A DNA stretch of 64,000 bases from Thermodesulfovibrionia bacterium. GTDB taxonomy: Bacteria > Nitrospirota > Thermodesulfovibrionia > UBA6902. The position numbers were made by a program, and so were the translations under genes. The stretch's first letter is position 1, and each line of letters begins with the position of its first letter. The stretch is taken from the NCBI GenBank assembly GCA_947259645.1, contig CAMYND010000004.1, forward strand, positions 698-64,697, in the 5' to 3' direction. The notes under the pieces were generated by a model. The model made no database searches and was not told the DNA's origin. It saw only the letters and a program-made list of their open reading frames with translations. Shown here piece by piece: positions 8,077 through 18,022 of this stretch.

Positions 8077-10425
8077 ATGGGATATAATGCCTGCATGTTA
8101 ATGAAATTCAAGTTCAAGCTTATCTCGACAAGCTCACATCATGAAGTTGCTATTCGTTTTATAGCAATCATTATTGCGCTTTTTGCGGTTACGTGTCTTA
8201 TTTCAGATCAAAGCTATGCTCAACAGGAAGCATCCACAGTAACAACAGAAAAAAAGGATACTCCAGGGACAGACTCCGATCGGATTGAGAGCAGGTTAAA
8301 AGAAATCAGGGAGTTATTAAAAGTTGCTGAAGCTGCTGAAAATGAACAGAGCGCCAGTCAACTTGGTACCACACTGGAGGGTCTGAAGGCGAGAAATGAT
8401 CTCCTGAGAAATCTGAGCGCTGTGTACATGCGCCTTATTTCGTCTCTGAAGAAACAAACCTCATTGAAGAAAGAGGAGGAAAGTCTGGGGCAGGCTTCTG
8501 AATCTGAAAGAGAGAGCCTCATCTCAGAGTCTCCGCCATTCTCGTTAACGGTCTATGACAAGTATCTCGACGGGCTGAATGAAGCAACACAGAACAGGGA
8601 ATCGGCAATTACTATGTCCGCTTTTTATAAGAGTCATGTGGAAGATACACTTTCAGAAGTCGATCAGGCCAAAAAGCAGCTCCGTCTGTTAAAAGAAGAT
8701 GTCGAATCATACGGTGCAAAGGAAGTTCCCTCTTCCCTGAAGTGGAAGCATGAATTTGCAGGTGTTGAAAAAGATCTGAAACAGGCTATGCTGGATCTGG
8801 CACGGATTGACTTCGATAATGCACTTACTGCGCAGCGGCATGCAGATTTAAAGATTGATATTGCGCGGAAGCAGGTACAGTGGATAAAAGAACGTCTGAC
8901 CTTTGATGAGAATGACCTGCAGAAGCGGCTCCAGGCAGTTGATGAACGCCAGCAGGTACTGGAAAAGCGTCTCGCCTCCCTGAAGACAGAAAAGAGCGCA
9001 GTTGATGCCAGGTGGGTGGAGGCGGAGCGGGCTTTTGATGAGGCCCAGAATGCCGGGGAGCTCGTGAAGAAGCGGGCCGAAGCATATCTCAAGGCCCGTG
9101 AAGCCTGGCGGGATACTTACCAGAGAGTCTTTGACCAGAGTCAGATGCTGAATCAGATAATGAGCAGGGAAAAACAGTTGTGGCAGCAGCGATATTCAGT
9201 ACTGCGGAATGAGATAGAGGGAGCTGAGCTCGATTCATGGAGAAAAGAGGCACATTCCTTCATAGCGAAAGTCGAGAGTGGCCTGGAAGTGATGCAGAAT
9301 TATCAGATTAATCTGCAGTCCCAGATTGCATCTCTGAAATCCCGGTTATCCGATGAAACTCTGGACCCTGTTGTCAGGGAACATATAGAAATACGCCTTC
9401 AGGCCCTTCAGAAATCAACGGAACGGGACCTGGAGCTTGTCTCTACTGTACTTGGACTTCGCGAGCTTGACCAGAGGCTTGTTAATGAAATTAACGAACG
9501 GCATAAGGCCGTCCCGGTAAAGGAAGCGCTGCGGGGACTTGGTGACAGGATACAGTCATTGTGGGACTTTGAGTTGTGGGTTATTGACGATCGCGGAGTT
9601 ACGGTCAGAAAAGTTGTTGTCGGCCTTGCCATTTTTATCATTGGACTGGTTCTGGCACGGGTCTTCACCAGGTTCATCAGGAAGCGTCTTTCCACCTCTG
9701 ATAGTTTTGATAGGACAGCAGTTTCAGCAATCGAGAAAATGCTCTATTATTTTATTTTATTGATCCTCCTTCTTTTTGCCCTTCGAATAGTTAATATCCC
9801 TCTTACGGCATTTACGGTATTTGGTGGTGCCATTGCAATCGGAGTGGGCTTTGGGGCGCAGAACCTGATCAATAACTTTATCAGCGGATTTATTCTGATG
9901 ATAGAACGGCCGGTCAAGATCGGTGATTTAATAGAAGTGGATAACAACTACGGTGTTATAGAAGAAATCGGCAGCCGGTGTACCCGTATACGCACCGGCG
10001 CAAACATACACATACTCGTACCGAACAGCAGCTTTCTGGAAAAGAACATCATTAACTGGACTCTTGCCGACCAGAAGATCCGCACCCATCTCTCAGTGGG
10101 CGTTGCATATGGATCAGACACACGCCAGGTAAAGCAGCTGATGCTTAAGGCAGCCGGTGAACATGGCAAGGTGCTGAAAGATCCGGAACCCTACGTCCTT
10201 TTCAATGATTTCGGGGACAATGCCCTTACATTTGAGCTCTATTTCTGGATAAGCATCCAGCGGCTCATGGACCGCCGGGTGATCGAAAGCGATCTCCGTT
10301 TTATCATTGATGAGCTTTTCCGTGAAGCAGACATTGTTATTGCCTTTCCTCAGAGAGATATACACATTGATACTACGAAACCTCTTGATTTGAGAATAGT
10401 GAAGGATCAGGATGGCGAAAGCTAA
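8077..10425 (+). CDS. MscS-family mechanosensitive channel with a long N-terminal coiled-coil domain (MscK/KefA-like)
   Basis: It has a signal or TM segment followed by about 450 aa of heptad-rich sequence. The MscS core follows (GGAIAIGVGFGAQNLINNFISGFILMIERPVKIGD), then the beta-domain and C-terminal domain. Confidence 0.85.
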   Translation: MGYNACMLMKFKFKLISTSSHHEVAIRFIAIIIALFAVTCLISDQSYAQQEASTVTTEKKDTPGTDSDRIESRLKEIRELLKVAEAAENEQSASQLGTTLEGLKARNDLLRNLSAVYMRLISSLKKQTSLKKEEESLGQASESERESLISESPPFSLTVYDKYLDGLNEATQNRESAITMSAFYKSHVEDTLSEVDQAKKQLRLLKEDVESYGAKEVPSSLKWKHEFAGVEKDLKQAMLDLARIDFDNALTAQRHADLKIDIARKQVQWIKERLTFDENDLQKRLQAVDERQQVLEKRLASLKTEKSAVDARWVEAERAFDEAQNAGELVKKRAEAYLKAREAWRDTYQRVFDQSQMLNQIMSREKQLWQQRYSVLRNEIEGAELDSWRKEAHSFIAKVESGLEVMQNYQINLQSQIASLKSRLSDETLDPVVREHIEIRLQALQKSTERDLELVSTVLGLRELDQRLVNEINERHKAVPVKEALRGLGDRIQSLWDFELWVIDDRGVTVRKVVVGLAIFIIGLVLARVFTRFIRKRLSTSDSFDRTAVSAIEKMLYYFILLILLLFALRIVNIPLTAFTVFGGAIAIGVGFGAQNLINNFISGFILMIERPVKIGDLIEVDNNYGVIEEIGSRCTRIRTGANIHILVPNSSFLEKNIINWTLADQKIRTHLSVGVAYGSDTRQVKQLMLKAAGEHGKVLKDPEPYVLFNDFGDNALTFELYFWISIQRLMDRRVIESDLRFIIDELFREADIVIAFPQRDIHIDTTKPLDLRIVKDQDGES

Positions 10426-10549
10426 GCTCTGTTGTAATGGTAAACTCGGATTAAAAGACGCATATCCAATTCAGAAACTATGATGTTTATTGACGGGATG
10501 ATTACGGAACAGGGTCTGTAATAAAATCTCGAATAATTAATGTAAGCTT

Positions 10550-10606
10550 TAGGGGCAATTAATGAATTGCCTCTACTACATAATTCGACTTTCGATATTC
10601 GTAGTT
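10550..10606. repeat. Left copy of a ~55-bp hairpin-plus-TTCGAYATTCGTAGTT repeat flanking the HEPN-MNT pair
   Basis: TAGGGGCaattaatgaattGCCtctac...TTTCGATATTCGTAGTT. Compare with 11474..11523. Confidence 0.6.
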
Positions 10607-10731
10607 CTCCAGCCCGTTGTATTTCGCGGAATGAATAATATAAAAAAGGCCAAGTTTGCGTATGTCGGCAAGATTTATATTGCTAAAGCAGATATGTTCA
10701 TTTAAAATAAACTAATTAAAGAGGTGATTAA

Positions 10732-11085
10732 ATGCCCATGCCAGCTATGAAAGTAATAGAACCACCCGTTAGAAAATCTTTAATGAATACAATATTAAAG
10801 CGTTTGGTTGCAAATCTTGATGTTGTTAAGGTAATACTCTTCGGATCATATGTGTCAGGCAAGGCAAATAAAGACAGCGATCTTGATCTTCTGATAATAA
10901 TAAATACCAAGGAGAAAGGGATAAAACGCTACGCAATGGTCAGTGAACTTTTGGAACCGAGAAAAATACCGATGGACATAATCGTAAAAACACCTGAAGA
11001 GTTACAAACCAGATCAAAGATGTTCGATCCCTTCATAAGAAATATTCTTAAAACCGGAAAAGTCCTTTATGAAAAACCCGCCTGA
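10732..11085 (+). CDS. Minimal nucleotidyltransferase (MNT) of a HEPN-MNT toxin-antitoxin pair
   Basis: Carries the pol-beta NTase motif LFGSYVSGKANKDSDLDLLII. It overlaps the downstream HEPN gene by 17 nt. Confidence 0.8.
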   Translation: MPMPAMKVIEPPVRKSLMNTILKRLVANLDVVKVILFGSYVSGKANKDSDLDLLIIINTKEKGIKRYAMVSELLEPRKIPMDIIVKTPEELQTRSKMFDPFIRNILKTGKVLYEKPA

Positions 11086-11455
11086 TGTCCTTGAATGGAT
11101 ATCAAAAGCCGAGCAGGATTATCAGACTGCAGAAACAATGGCTCGAAAGAGAAAGAATACTGTTCCAGATATTGTTGGATTTCACAGTCAACAATGTATA
11201 GAAAAATATTTGAAGGCATATCTTGTTTTATCAAAAACAGATTTTCCAAAAACACATGATCTGGTTGAACTCCTCGAGCACGCTGTTGTAAAAGATCCTC
11301 TGATAGAAACTTACAGAACAGACCTGAGAATGTTGAACCCTTTTTCTGTACAGTTTCGATATCCCGGGGATAGTGCAACACCTGAAGAATCTAAGATTGC
11401 TTTAAAGACAATGCGCAGAGTAAGGAGATTCTTCAGAGAGAAATTTGGACTTTAG
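11069..11455 (+). CDS. HEPN-domain protein (partner of the MNT)
   Basis: 128 aa and helical. 'KTHDLVELLE' and 'FRYPGD' are typical of HEPN (PF05168-like) partners of MNT. Confidence 0.75.
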   Translation: MKNPPDVLEWISKAEQDYQTAETMARKRKNTVPDIVGFHSQQCIEKYLKAYLVLSKTDFPKTHDLVELLEHAVVKDPLIETYRTDLRMLNPFSVQFRYPGDSATPEESKIALKTMRRVRRFFREKFGL

Positions 11456-11473
11456 AACGAAAAATGAACCATG

Positions 11474-11523
11474 TAGGGGCTTATTGCAATACGCCCCTAA
11501 ATTGTATTTCGACATTCGTAGTT
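11474..11523. repeat. Right copy of the flanking repeat
   Basis: TAGGGGCttattgcaatacGCCCCTAaattgtaTTTCGACATTCGTAGTT. The 17-nt tail is identical to the left copy at 16 of 17 positions. Confidence 0.6.
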
Positions 11524-11525
11524 AA

Positions 11526-12236
11526 TCAGTCTTTGACTTCCTGATTTTGCCCCTCATCAAATTTCCATGGTCCTTTACGGTCTGGAGCCTGAAGGGCATC
11601 TTTGAGCTGGACAAGGAATTTGGTTCGGGGTATTTCACTGGCGCCAAAGGTCTTGAGGTGCGCAGTAGGTATCTGGCAGTCAATCAAAGAAAAGTCCCAG
11701 GCAAAAAGTTGTTGTGCAACTGTTATAAAGGCGACTTTCGAGGCATTGCTTTTCTTCATGAACATGGACTCACCAAAAAACGCTGAACCAAGGGCAACGC
11801 CATAGAGACCGCCGGCCAGTTTCCCCCCTGACCACGCTTCTACTGAATGGGCATAGCCGGCGTGATGAAGACGGATATACGCATCGATCATTTCTTCGGT
11901 TAACCATGTGTCTCCAGCTTTTTTCCTGTTCACAGAAGCGCAGTTCATGATGACTTCTTCAAACGCATTGTCGAGAGTGACTTTGTAAACATTTTTGTTT
12001 ATGCTTTGTTTGAGACTCCGGGAAATACGTAATTCATGAGGGAACAGAACAAGGCGGGGATCAGGTGACCACCATAAGATAGGATCCCCCTGGGAGTACC
12101 AGGGAAATATTCCCATTGAATAAGCGAGCAGGAGCCTGTCTTCGTTTAAATCACCACCGACAGCGAGAAGGCCGCTGCTTTCAGCCAGTTCCGGGCTGGG
12201 AAATATATTATCATCGGGAAGCCTGAAGATACTCAT
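11526..12236 (-). CDS. aat: Leucyl/phenylalanyl-tRNA--protein transferase
   Basis: 'GLLAVGGDL..RLLLAYSMGIFPWY..GDPILWWSPDPR' and 'GGLYGVALGSAFFGESMF' are Aat signatures. Confidence 0.9.
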   Translation of the reverse strand: MSIFRLPDDNIFPSPELAESSGLLAVGGDLNEDRLLLAYSMGIFPWYSQGDPILWWSPDPRLVLFPHELRISRSLKQSINKNVYKVTLDNAFEEVIMNCASVNRKKAGDTWLTEEMIDAYIRLHHAGYAHSVEAWSGGKLAGGLYGVALGSAFFGESMFMKKSNASKVAFITVAQQLFAWDFSLIDCQIPTAHLKTFGASEIPRTKFLVQLKDALQAPDRKGPWKFDEGQNQEVKD

Positions 12237-12320
12237 TGTCGAGAATACTTATAGCCATGCCTTCTTGGTTGTAAGAACGCACGTGCATGTGAAATGAATT
12301 TAGCCTATAGGTTATTAATA

Positions 12321-14570
12321 CTATGAGTAATCAAACGATAATCTGTTATTTGCTACGTCTATATGGACCGTGCCGCCCCTGAAGAGTTTACCGAACAGGA
12401 CCTCTTCAGAAAGCACATCTTTGATTTCAGTCTGTATGAGCCGTCCAAGGGGCCGTGCGCCGAACTGGGGATCATACCCTTTTTCAGCGAGCCAGGTCCG
12501 CGCTTTGTCTGATAGAGAGATTGTAACTTTCTTCTCTCCAAGCTGTTTCTGAAGTTCAAGAATGAACTTACTGACAACCTGTTTCATAATATCAGGAGTG
12601 AGAGGATTAAAAGTGATTGTACTGTCAAGACGGTTTCTGAATTCAGCACTGAACAGTTTCTTGATCGCATCAGTACCCTTTGACCGGGTATCACCGCTCC
12701 TGTCTCCAAAGCCGATTGTCTCTTTAGACATTTCACCGGAACCGGCGTTTGAAGTCATGATCAATATGACATTTCTGAAGTCCGCCTTTTTGCCGTTATT
12801 ATCCGTTAATGTGGCGTAGTCCATGACCTGCAGCAGGATGCTGAAGATGTCCGGATGAGCCTTCTCTATCTCATCCATCAGCAGCACGCAGTAGGGATGT
12901 TTCCGCACTGAATCGGTCAGCAGGCCGCCCTGGTCAAAACCAACATAACCCGGCGGTGCGCCTATGAGGCGTGCAACTGTATGTTTTTCCATATACTCAC
13001 TCATGTCAAAACGAATAAACTGGATGCCCAGGACAGAGGCGATCGTCTTCGACGCTTCTGTCTTACCCACGCCCGTCGGCCCGGTAAAGAGAAATGATCC
13101 AATTGGCTTATCAGGTGAGCCGAGTCCGGCACGGGCCCGTTTAATAGCTGATGCCAATGAATGAAGAGCCTCATCCTGCCCAAAGACGGTTTTTTGTAAC
13201 TCGCCACTAAGCTCCCTCAGCCGGTCCATGTCAGATGTGGAAATATTTCGCTTTGGAATCCGCGCGATCTTTGCGATAATGGATTCGATCTCTTTCGTTC
13301 CGACCGTCTTCTTTCGACTGAAATTTGAAGAAAGCTTCAGTCGGGCCCCTGCTTCATCTATTACATCTATTGCCTTGTCAGGGAGAAACTTGTCATTAAT
13401 GTATTTGGAAGAAAGCTCTGCAGCTGTTCTAAGCGCTTTGTCCGTATACTTGATTCCGTGATACTCCTCATAATATGATTTTAACCCCTTCAGGATATGG
13501 AACGTCTCCTGCGTATCAGGTTCATGGATATCAATTTTCTGGAAACGTCTTGAAAGGGCCCTGTCTTTCTCAAAATAATTTTTATACTCTTCGTATGTGC
13601 TGGCCCCGATACAGCGCAGCTTGCCAGAGCTGAGGAGGGGCTTTAATATGTTGGATGCATCCATGGAACCGCCGCTTGTTGCTCCGGCCCCGACGATTGT
13701 GTGTATTTCATCGATGAAAAGGATTGAGTCAGGTATGGCTTCGAGGCTTTTCATTGTAGATTTCAGACGGGCCTCAAAATCACCCCTGTATTTTGTTCCT
13801 GCCAGTAAAGCTCCCATATCGAGCATATAAATATGCGAGTTCTTCAGTAAATCAGGAACCTCTTTGTTGTAAACTCTCAGAGCGAGACCTTCGACTATGG
13901 CAGTCTTCCCGACTCCCGGTTCCCCCACAAATACAACATTATTTTTTCTTCGTCTGCTTAACACCTGAATTGTACGTTTGATTTCCTTGCTTCTTCCAAC
14001 AAGAGGATCAATGCCACCTTCAGCAGCTTTCCTGATGAGGTCGACGGTAAATTGTGTTAATTCGTCCTTCTGCGTGCCTTCCTTCTTGCCGGGGGCCTCT
14101 TTTGCATCAGGAGATGGATCTTCCAGCAGGCCGCTGGCTCCTTTGGATATGCCATGGGAGATATAATTCAGTACGTCCAGGCGTGTGATTCCTTCTGAGT
14201 AGAGAAAATGAACAGCATGAGAATCTTTTTCCTGAAAGATCGCTGACAGGATATCGCCGGCGTCTGCCTCAGGTTTTTCTGACGACTTCACATGGTTTAC
14301 CGCTGTCTGAAAAACTCTGCGAAAAGCGATTGTCGGCTCAGGGTAACTATCAGACTCATCCGGGACCTTCGGGGTATGTTTCTCAAAAAACCCTTCCAGG
14401 TGTGCCTTCAACTTGGCGATATTGCCCCCGCAGTTGGTAATAATGTCAATTCCCCACTCATCATGTATGATCGCAAAAAGGATATGTTCAACAGTCAGGT
14501 ATTCATGCCGGCGGGACTCAGCGTCCCTGATTGTTGCTTCTATGGATATTTCCAGTTCTTTGTTGATCAT
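12321..14570 (-). CDS. clpA: ATP-dependent Clp protease ATP-binding subunit ClpA
   Basis: It has a Clp N domain and two AAA modules (GEPGVGKTAIVEG; GPTGVGKTE). I place the start at Met7 of the ORF-track entry because it forms an ATGA overlap with the clpS stop. Confidence 0.95.
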   Translation of the reverse strand: MINKELEISIEATIRDAESRRHEYLTVEHILFAIIHDEWGIDIITNCGGNIAKLKAHLEGFFEKHTPKVPDESDSYPEPTIAFRRVFQTAVNHVKSSEKPEADAGDILSAIFQEKDSHAVHFLYSEGITRLDVLNYISHGISKGASGLLEDPSPDAKEAPGKKEGTQKDELTQFTVDLIRKAAEGGIDPLVGRSKEIKRTIQVLSRRRKNNVVFVGEPGVGKTAIVEGLALRVYNKEVPDLLKNSHIYMLDMGALLAGTKYRGDFEARLKSTMKSLEAIPDSILFIDEIHTIVGAGATSGGSMDASNILKPLLSSGKLRCIGASTYEEYKNYFEKDRALSRRFQKIDIHEPDTQETFHILKGLKSYYEEYHGIKYTDKALRTAAELSSKYINDKFLPDKAIDVIDEAGARLKLSSNFSRKKTVGTKEIESIIAKIARIPKRNISTSDMDRLRELSGELQKTVFGQDEALHSLASAIKRARAGLGSPDKPIGSFLFTGPTGVGKTEASKTIASVLGIQFIRFDMSEYMEKHTVARLIGAPPGYVGFDQGGLLTDSVRKHPYCVLLMDEIEKAHPDIFSILLQVMDYATLTDNNGKKADFRNVILIMTSNAGSGEMSKETIGFGDRSGDTRSKGTDAIKKLFSAEFRNRLDSTITFNPLTPDIMKQVVSKFILELQKQLGEKKVTISLSDKARTWLAEKGYDPQFGARPLGRLIQTEIKDVLSEEVLFGKLFRGGTVHIDVANNRLSFDYS

Positions 14571-14884
14571 TCTTTCTCCATAATGCACTTGAGCGGGAAT
14601 CCATTCAACTGGGCCATTTCATGAACAGCTGCTATTTTGGTCTCGGCAATTCCCTTAGTATAAACACCGGCCAACCCCTTGCCGTTTTTGTGGACATGAA
14701 GCATTATTTGAGAAGCCTTTACCGTGTTTATGTGAAATATTTTTTCCAATATGTGCACCACAAACTCCATAGTTGTATAATCGTCATTCAATAGATAAAC
14801 CTTGAACATGGGAGGACGTTTTACTTCCTGCCGTTCTTTTATCTTAATACGTTCATCTGTATGTGTGCCGCTCTGGTCAGTCAT
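14567..14884 (-). CDS. clpS: Clp protease adaptor ClpS
   Basis: 105 aa. 'PPMFKVYLLNDDYTTMEFVVHILEKIF' is the canonical ClpS core. The gene lies immediately upstream of clpA. Confidence 0.9.
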   Translation of the reverse strand: MTDQSGTHTDERIKIKERQEVKRPPMFKVYLLNDDYTTMEFVVHILEKIFHINTVKASQIMLHVHKNGKGLAGVYTKGIAETKIAAVHEMAQLNGFPLKCIMEKE

Positions 14885-14984
14885 ATTCCTTACTGGTATT
14901 TTACTCTGAACAAAACCTTAAATCAAAGCCGTAATATGTATGATTTAAAAACAGGTCCCGGAGAAGGGCCGAAAGAACCATAAT

Positions 14985-15012
14985 GTAGGGGCACGGCATG
15001 CCGTGCCCTTAC
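14985..15012. terminator. Near-perfect 28-bp palindrome (GTAGGGGC-type hairpin) downstream of ribF
   Basis: GTAGGGGCACGGCATGCCGTGCCCTTAC has one mismatch. It lies between the ribF stop and the clpS start and shares the GTAGGGGC head with the repeats at 10550 and 11474. Confidence 0.5.
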
Positions 15013-15035
15013 AGGTTTGTCAGGGCAATTCATGA

Positions 15036-15959
15036 TTACAGATCGGTCAGAACGCCCCTTATGGCTGTAATATCTTTTGTTAACTGAAGGGCCAGGGCGT
15101 CTGCAGAGGGAAACTTCATTTCATCTCTAATTCGTTTAATAAAGTAAATACGTATTGTCTTTCCCAGAAGATCTCCGTCAAAGTCCAGGATATGGGTTTC
15201 AAAGCTGAACTTGCCACTGTCAAAAGTTGGGTTGTACCCGATATTGGAAGCACCACCGTAGAGGTTACCCTCCAGTTCAACCTGCACCGCGTAAACACCA
15301 TTCTTTGGAAGCAGCTCGTTAATCGTTGAAAGGTTGGCTGTAGGGGTGTTTAAGAGATTTTTACCTCTCTTGGCCCCCTCAACAACAACGCCTTCAACAG
15401 AATAGTGTCTTCCAAGATACCTGTTTGCTTCCTCAATACGTCCGTCAGCAACCAGGTCACGTATCAAGGAACTGCTGATGGTAATGTCACCTGATTTGAT
15501 CGCCTCTACAACAGTGACGGTAAAGCCGCATTGCTTACCCAGTTTTCTCAGCAGTTCAGGTGAACCCTCCCGTCCCTTTCCAAAGAGATAGTTGGACCCG
15601 ATAAAGATCTCTTTTGCTTTAATGGTCTTGCATAAGACGGTGTGCACAAAGTCTTCAGCGGAAATACTGGCGAATTCTTTTGTGAATTTCGTACATATCA
15701 CAACATCAATGCCGCATTTTTTAATCAAGTCGATCTTGTCTTTATAATTTGTCAGAAGCCGGGGGGCATTATCAGGCGCAATTACTTTTAAGGGATGTGG
15801 AATAAACGTAAAAACAATCGGAGTGCCCTTCATTTCCTTGCTGCGCTCTTTCAGTTTCCTGAAAATGGACTGATGTCCAAGGTGGACACCATCAAAGTTG
15901 CCGAGGGTCAGAACCGGGTAGGGGAACTGTTCTTCATTGTGTATCTGTTCTGATGACAT
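15036..15959 (-). CDS. ribF: Bifunctional riboflavin kinase / FMN adenylyltransferase
   Basis: 'LGNFDGVHLGHQ' belongs to the FAD synthetase N-domain. 'GASNIGYNPTF' and 'ETHILDFDGDLLGK' belong to the riboflavin kinase C-domain. Confidence 0.9.
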   Translation of the reverse strand: MSSEQIHNEEQFPYPVLTLGNFDGVHLGHQSIFRKLKERSKEMKGTPIVFTFIPHPLKVIAPDNAPRLLTNYKDKIDLIKKCGIDVVICTKFTKEFASISAEDFVHTVLCKTIKAKEIFIGSNYLFGKGREGSPELLRKLGKQCGFTVTVVEAIKSGDITISSSLIRDLVADGRIEEANRYLGRHYSVEGVVVEGAKRGKNLLNTPTANLSTINELLPKNGVYAVQVELEGNLYGGASNIGYNPTFDSGKFSFETHILDFDGDLLGKTIRIYFIKRIRDEMKFPSADALALQLTKDITAIRGVLTDL

Positions 15960-16319
15960 GTTCAGGCATGGCCTCCCATAAAAATAAAACTTGGTACACA
16001 GCGTACATTGTCACGCAACATAAGAAAGCCATTGAGGCTTCTGTTCAGTATAATCGCTTTTATCATAAATAGTTACCTTGACAATTCACTGCATTCTGAC
16101 TAAAATCATGTATTCACCTATCAATATTATATAAATCAACCAGTCTGAATCCTGATAATGACTAAACTGCATTGCGACTAAAAATGCTGTTCAAATTGTT
16201 TACGGTTGATTGTAAAATAAATAAGGTTTATACTATAGCAATAGACTCTTATTTACGACCTTGTTTCAGATTCAAAACCAGTTATCCCTTCGAAGCCTGT
16301 TAAAGGGGGTGTTATTGCA

Positions 16320-17900
16320 GTGTCAAAACTAGAGTTATCTATTTTAGTCGCAGACAGCAGCCCACCTGATCTTAAATCAATCAAATCATTCTTAGTTGAC
16401 GACAAAGATGTTAAGTATAACATAGAAACATCGTTATCAGGCAAAGATGCCCTTGAGAAAGCCACCATGGACCACGTTGATCTATTGCTGATAAATGATG
16501 ACCAGGACGGCTTTCAAGGCGTGAAAATACTTCAGGATGTTATTAAGAAAAAGATAGGCGTGCCGGTAATTATGATCGTTGCTGAAGGTGCAGAGACCCA
16601 CGGTGTAAAGGCCATGGATAAAGGGGCATATGACTTTTTGACTAAAAATGAGGCGAAAACAAACGCCCTGAGCCGGTCTATTCGAAGAGTTATGCAGAGG
16701 CAAAAGCTGGAAAATGATATTAAAAAATCACTTGAAAAAATGGAGAAACTTGCCATTAGAGATGGTCTTACCGGGGTGTATAACAGGCATCACTTCAAAG
16801 ATGTCATAAAAAAAGAGTACAAGAAAGCCCAGAGGCATGTGCAGCCGCTGTCATGCATAATGCTCGATCTTGACCACTTTAAGAATACAAATGATACTCA
16901 TGGACACCAGTTCGGAGATGCGGTTCTGGTCCAGGCCGCAAAAATCATGAAAAAGCTGGTGAGAGACACAGACTTTGTTGCACGCTACGGTGGGGAGGAG
17001 TTTTTTATAATCCTGCCAAACACCGAATTAAATGGAGCATATATTCTTGCAGAGAGAATGCGGCTGGCATTTGCCAACAATATATTTAAAAAGGACGATA
17101 TCTCTGAAATTGTGACAGTCAGTATTGGTGTGTCTACCGCGGCAGATGAAAATATCGTAAGTGAATATGACCTGATTGCCAACGCTGACAAGGCGCTGTA
17201 TCAGGCTAAATGGAGAGGCAGAAACAATGTCTGTTCTTATGAAGAGACAACAATAAAAGAAACGAACAGCATCAGTGAAGACAGCGGGAAGATAGAAGAT
17301 TTTCATGATAAACTGAGAAATCTTCATGAGAACATCAAAGAGAACTGTATAGAGTCAGCCCACGATATTCTGCGTGAAATTGAAAAGGGATGGGACTACT
17401 TTAATGAACATTCAATACGAGTCGGACGTTACGCGGAAAGACTCACAAAAGAGCTGTCCCTTTCAGATGAAGAGATCAGAACAATTCGTCATGCTGCGCT
17501 TCTTCATGATATTGGAATGGTGGGCATCAGCTCGAAGATTCTGAAGAAGAAAAGCAAGCTTTCCAGCGATGAATATGATGTAATCAAGAGGCACTCCAAC
17601 ATCGGGGTAAAAATTGTTAATAAAACAAGACTCTTTGAAAAAGAACTTCCGCTGATCCTCTATCATCATGAACGATACGATGGTTCAGGCTACCCGCACA
17701 GGCTTAAAGGTGATGCAATACCCTTTGGAGCGCGAGTTCTCGCAGTTGCAGAAGCATATGATGCCATGATGAACGGCACGAGATACAGAAAAGCCTATTC
17801 TTCAAAGGAGGCTATTTCAGAACTGAAACAGTGTTCAGGTACGCAATTTGATCCTCAGATGGTGGATGCCTTCATCACTCTGATACACAGGTCAAAATAA
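16320..17900 (+). CDS. Receiver-like domain + GGDEF + HD-GYP protein (c-di-GMP synthesis and hydrolysis domains in one chain)
   Basis: GTG start. The GGDEF domain has RDTD-x5-GGEEF. The HD-GYP domain has HAALLHDIG and HHERYDGSGYP. The N-terminal REC-like domain has atypical conserved positions. Confidence 0.85.
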   Translation: MSKLELSILVADSSPPDLKSIKSFLVDDKDVKYNIETSLSGKDALEKATMDHVDLLLINDDQDGFQGVKILQDVIKKKIGVPVIMIVAEGAETHGVKAMDKGAYDFLTKNEAKTNALSRSIRRVMQRQKLENDIKKSLEKMEKLAIRDGLTGVYNRHHFKDVIKKEYKKAQRHVQPLSCIMLDLDHFKNTNDTHGHQFGDAVLVQAAKIMKKLVRDTDFVARYGGEEFFIILPNTELNGAYILAERMRLAFANNIFKKDDISEIVTVSIGVSTAADENIVSEYDLIANADKALYQAKWRGRNNVCSYEETTIKETNSISEDSGKIEDFHDKLRNLHENIKENCIESAHDILREIEKGWDYFNEHSIRVGRYAERLTKELSLSDEEIRTIRHAALLHDIGMVGISSKILKKKSKLSSDEYDVIKRHSNIGVKIVNKTRLFEKELPLILYHHERYDGSGYPHRLKGDAIPFGARVLAVAEAYDAMMNGTRYRKAYSSKEAISELKQCSGTQFDPQMVDAFITLIHRSK

Positions 17901-18022
17901 GTTTCTTTTATATCGATGTACAATCCTGCTCAAATATTATTGCCATAGCATGCGTGCTGGATCTGCATGCCTCTCCGGTTCAGATATGATACTATATAAT
18001 AAAAAAAACAGAGGAAGAGAAG

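Noticed and set aside
8664-9092. Arg/Ser/Ala-rich minus-strand ORFs (142 aa and 86 aa) inside the mechanosensitive channel gene.
   Set aside because: They mirror the Glu/Leu/Lys-rich coiled-coil coding region on the + strand. They have no independent start signals.
11526-14884. The aat-clpA-clpS clustering as a possible unusual system.
   Set aside because: This is the standard bacterial N-degron (Leu/Phe-transferase plus ClpS/ClpAP) gene neighbourhood. It is ordinary housekeeping.
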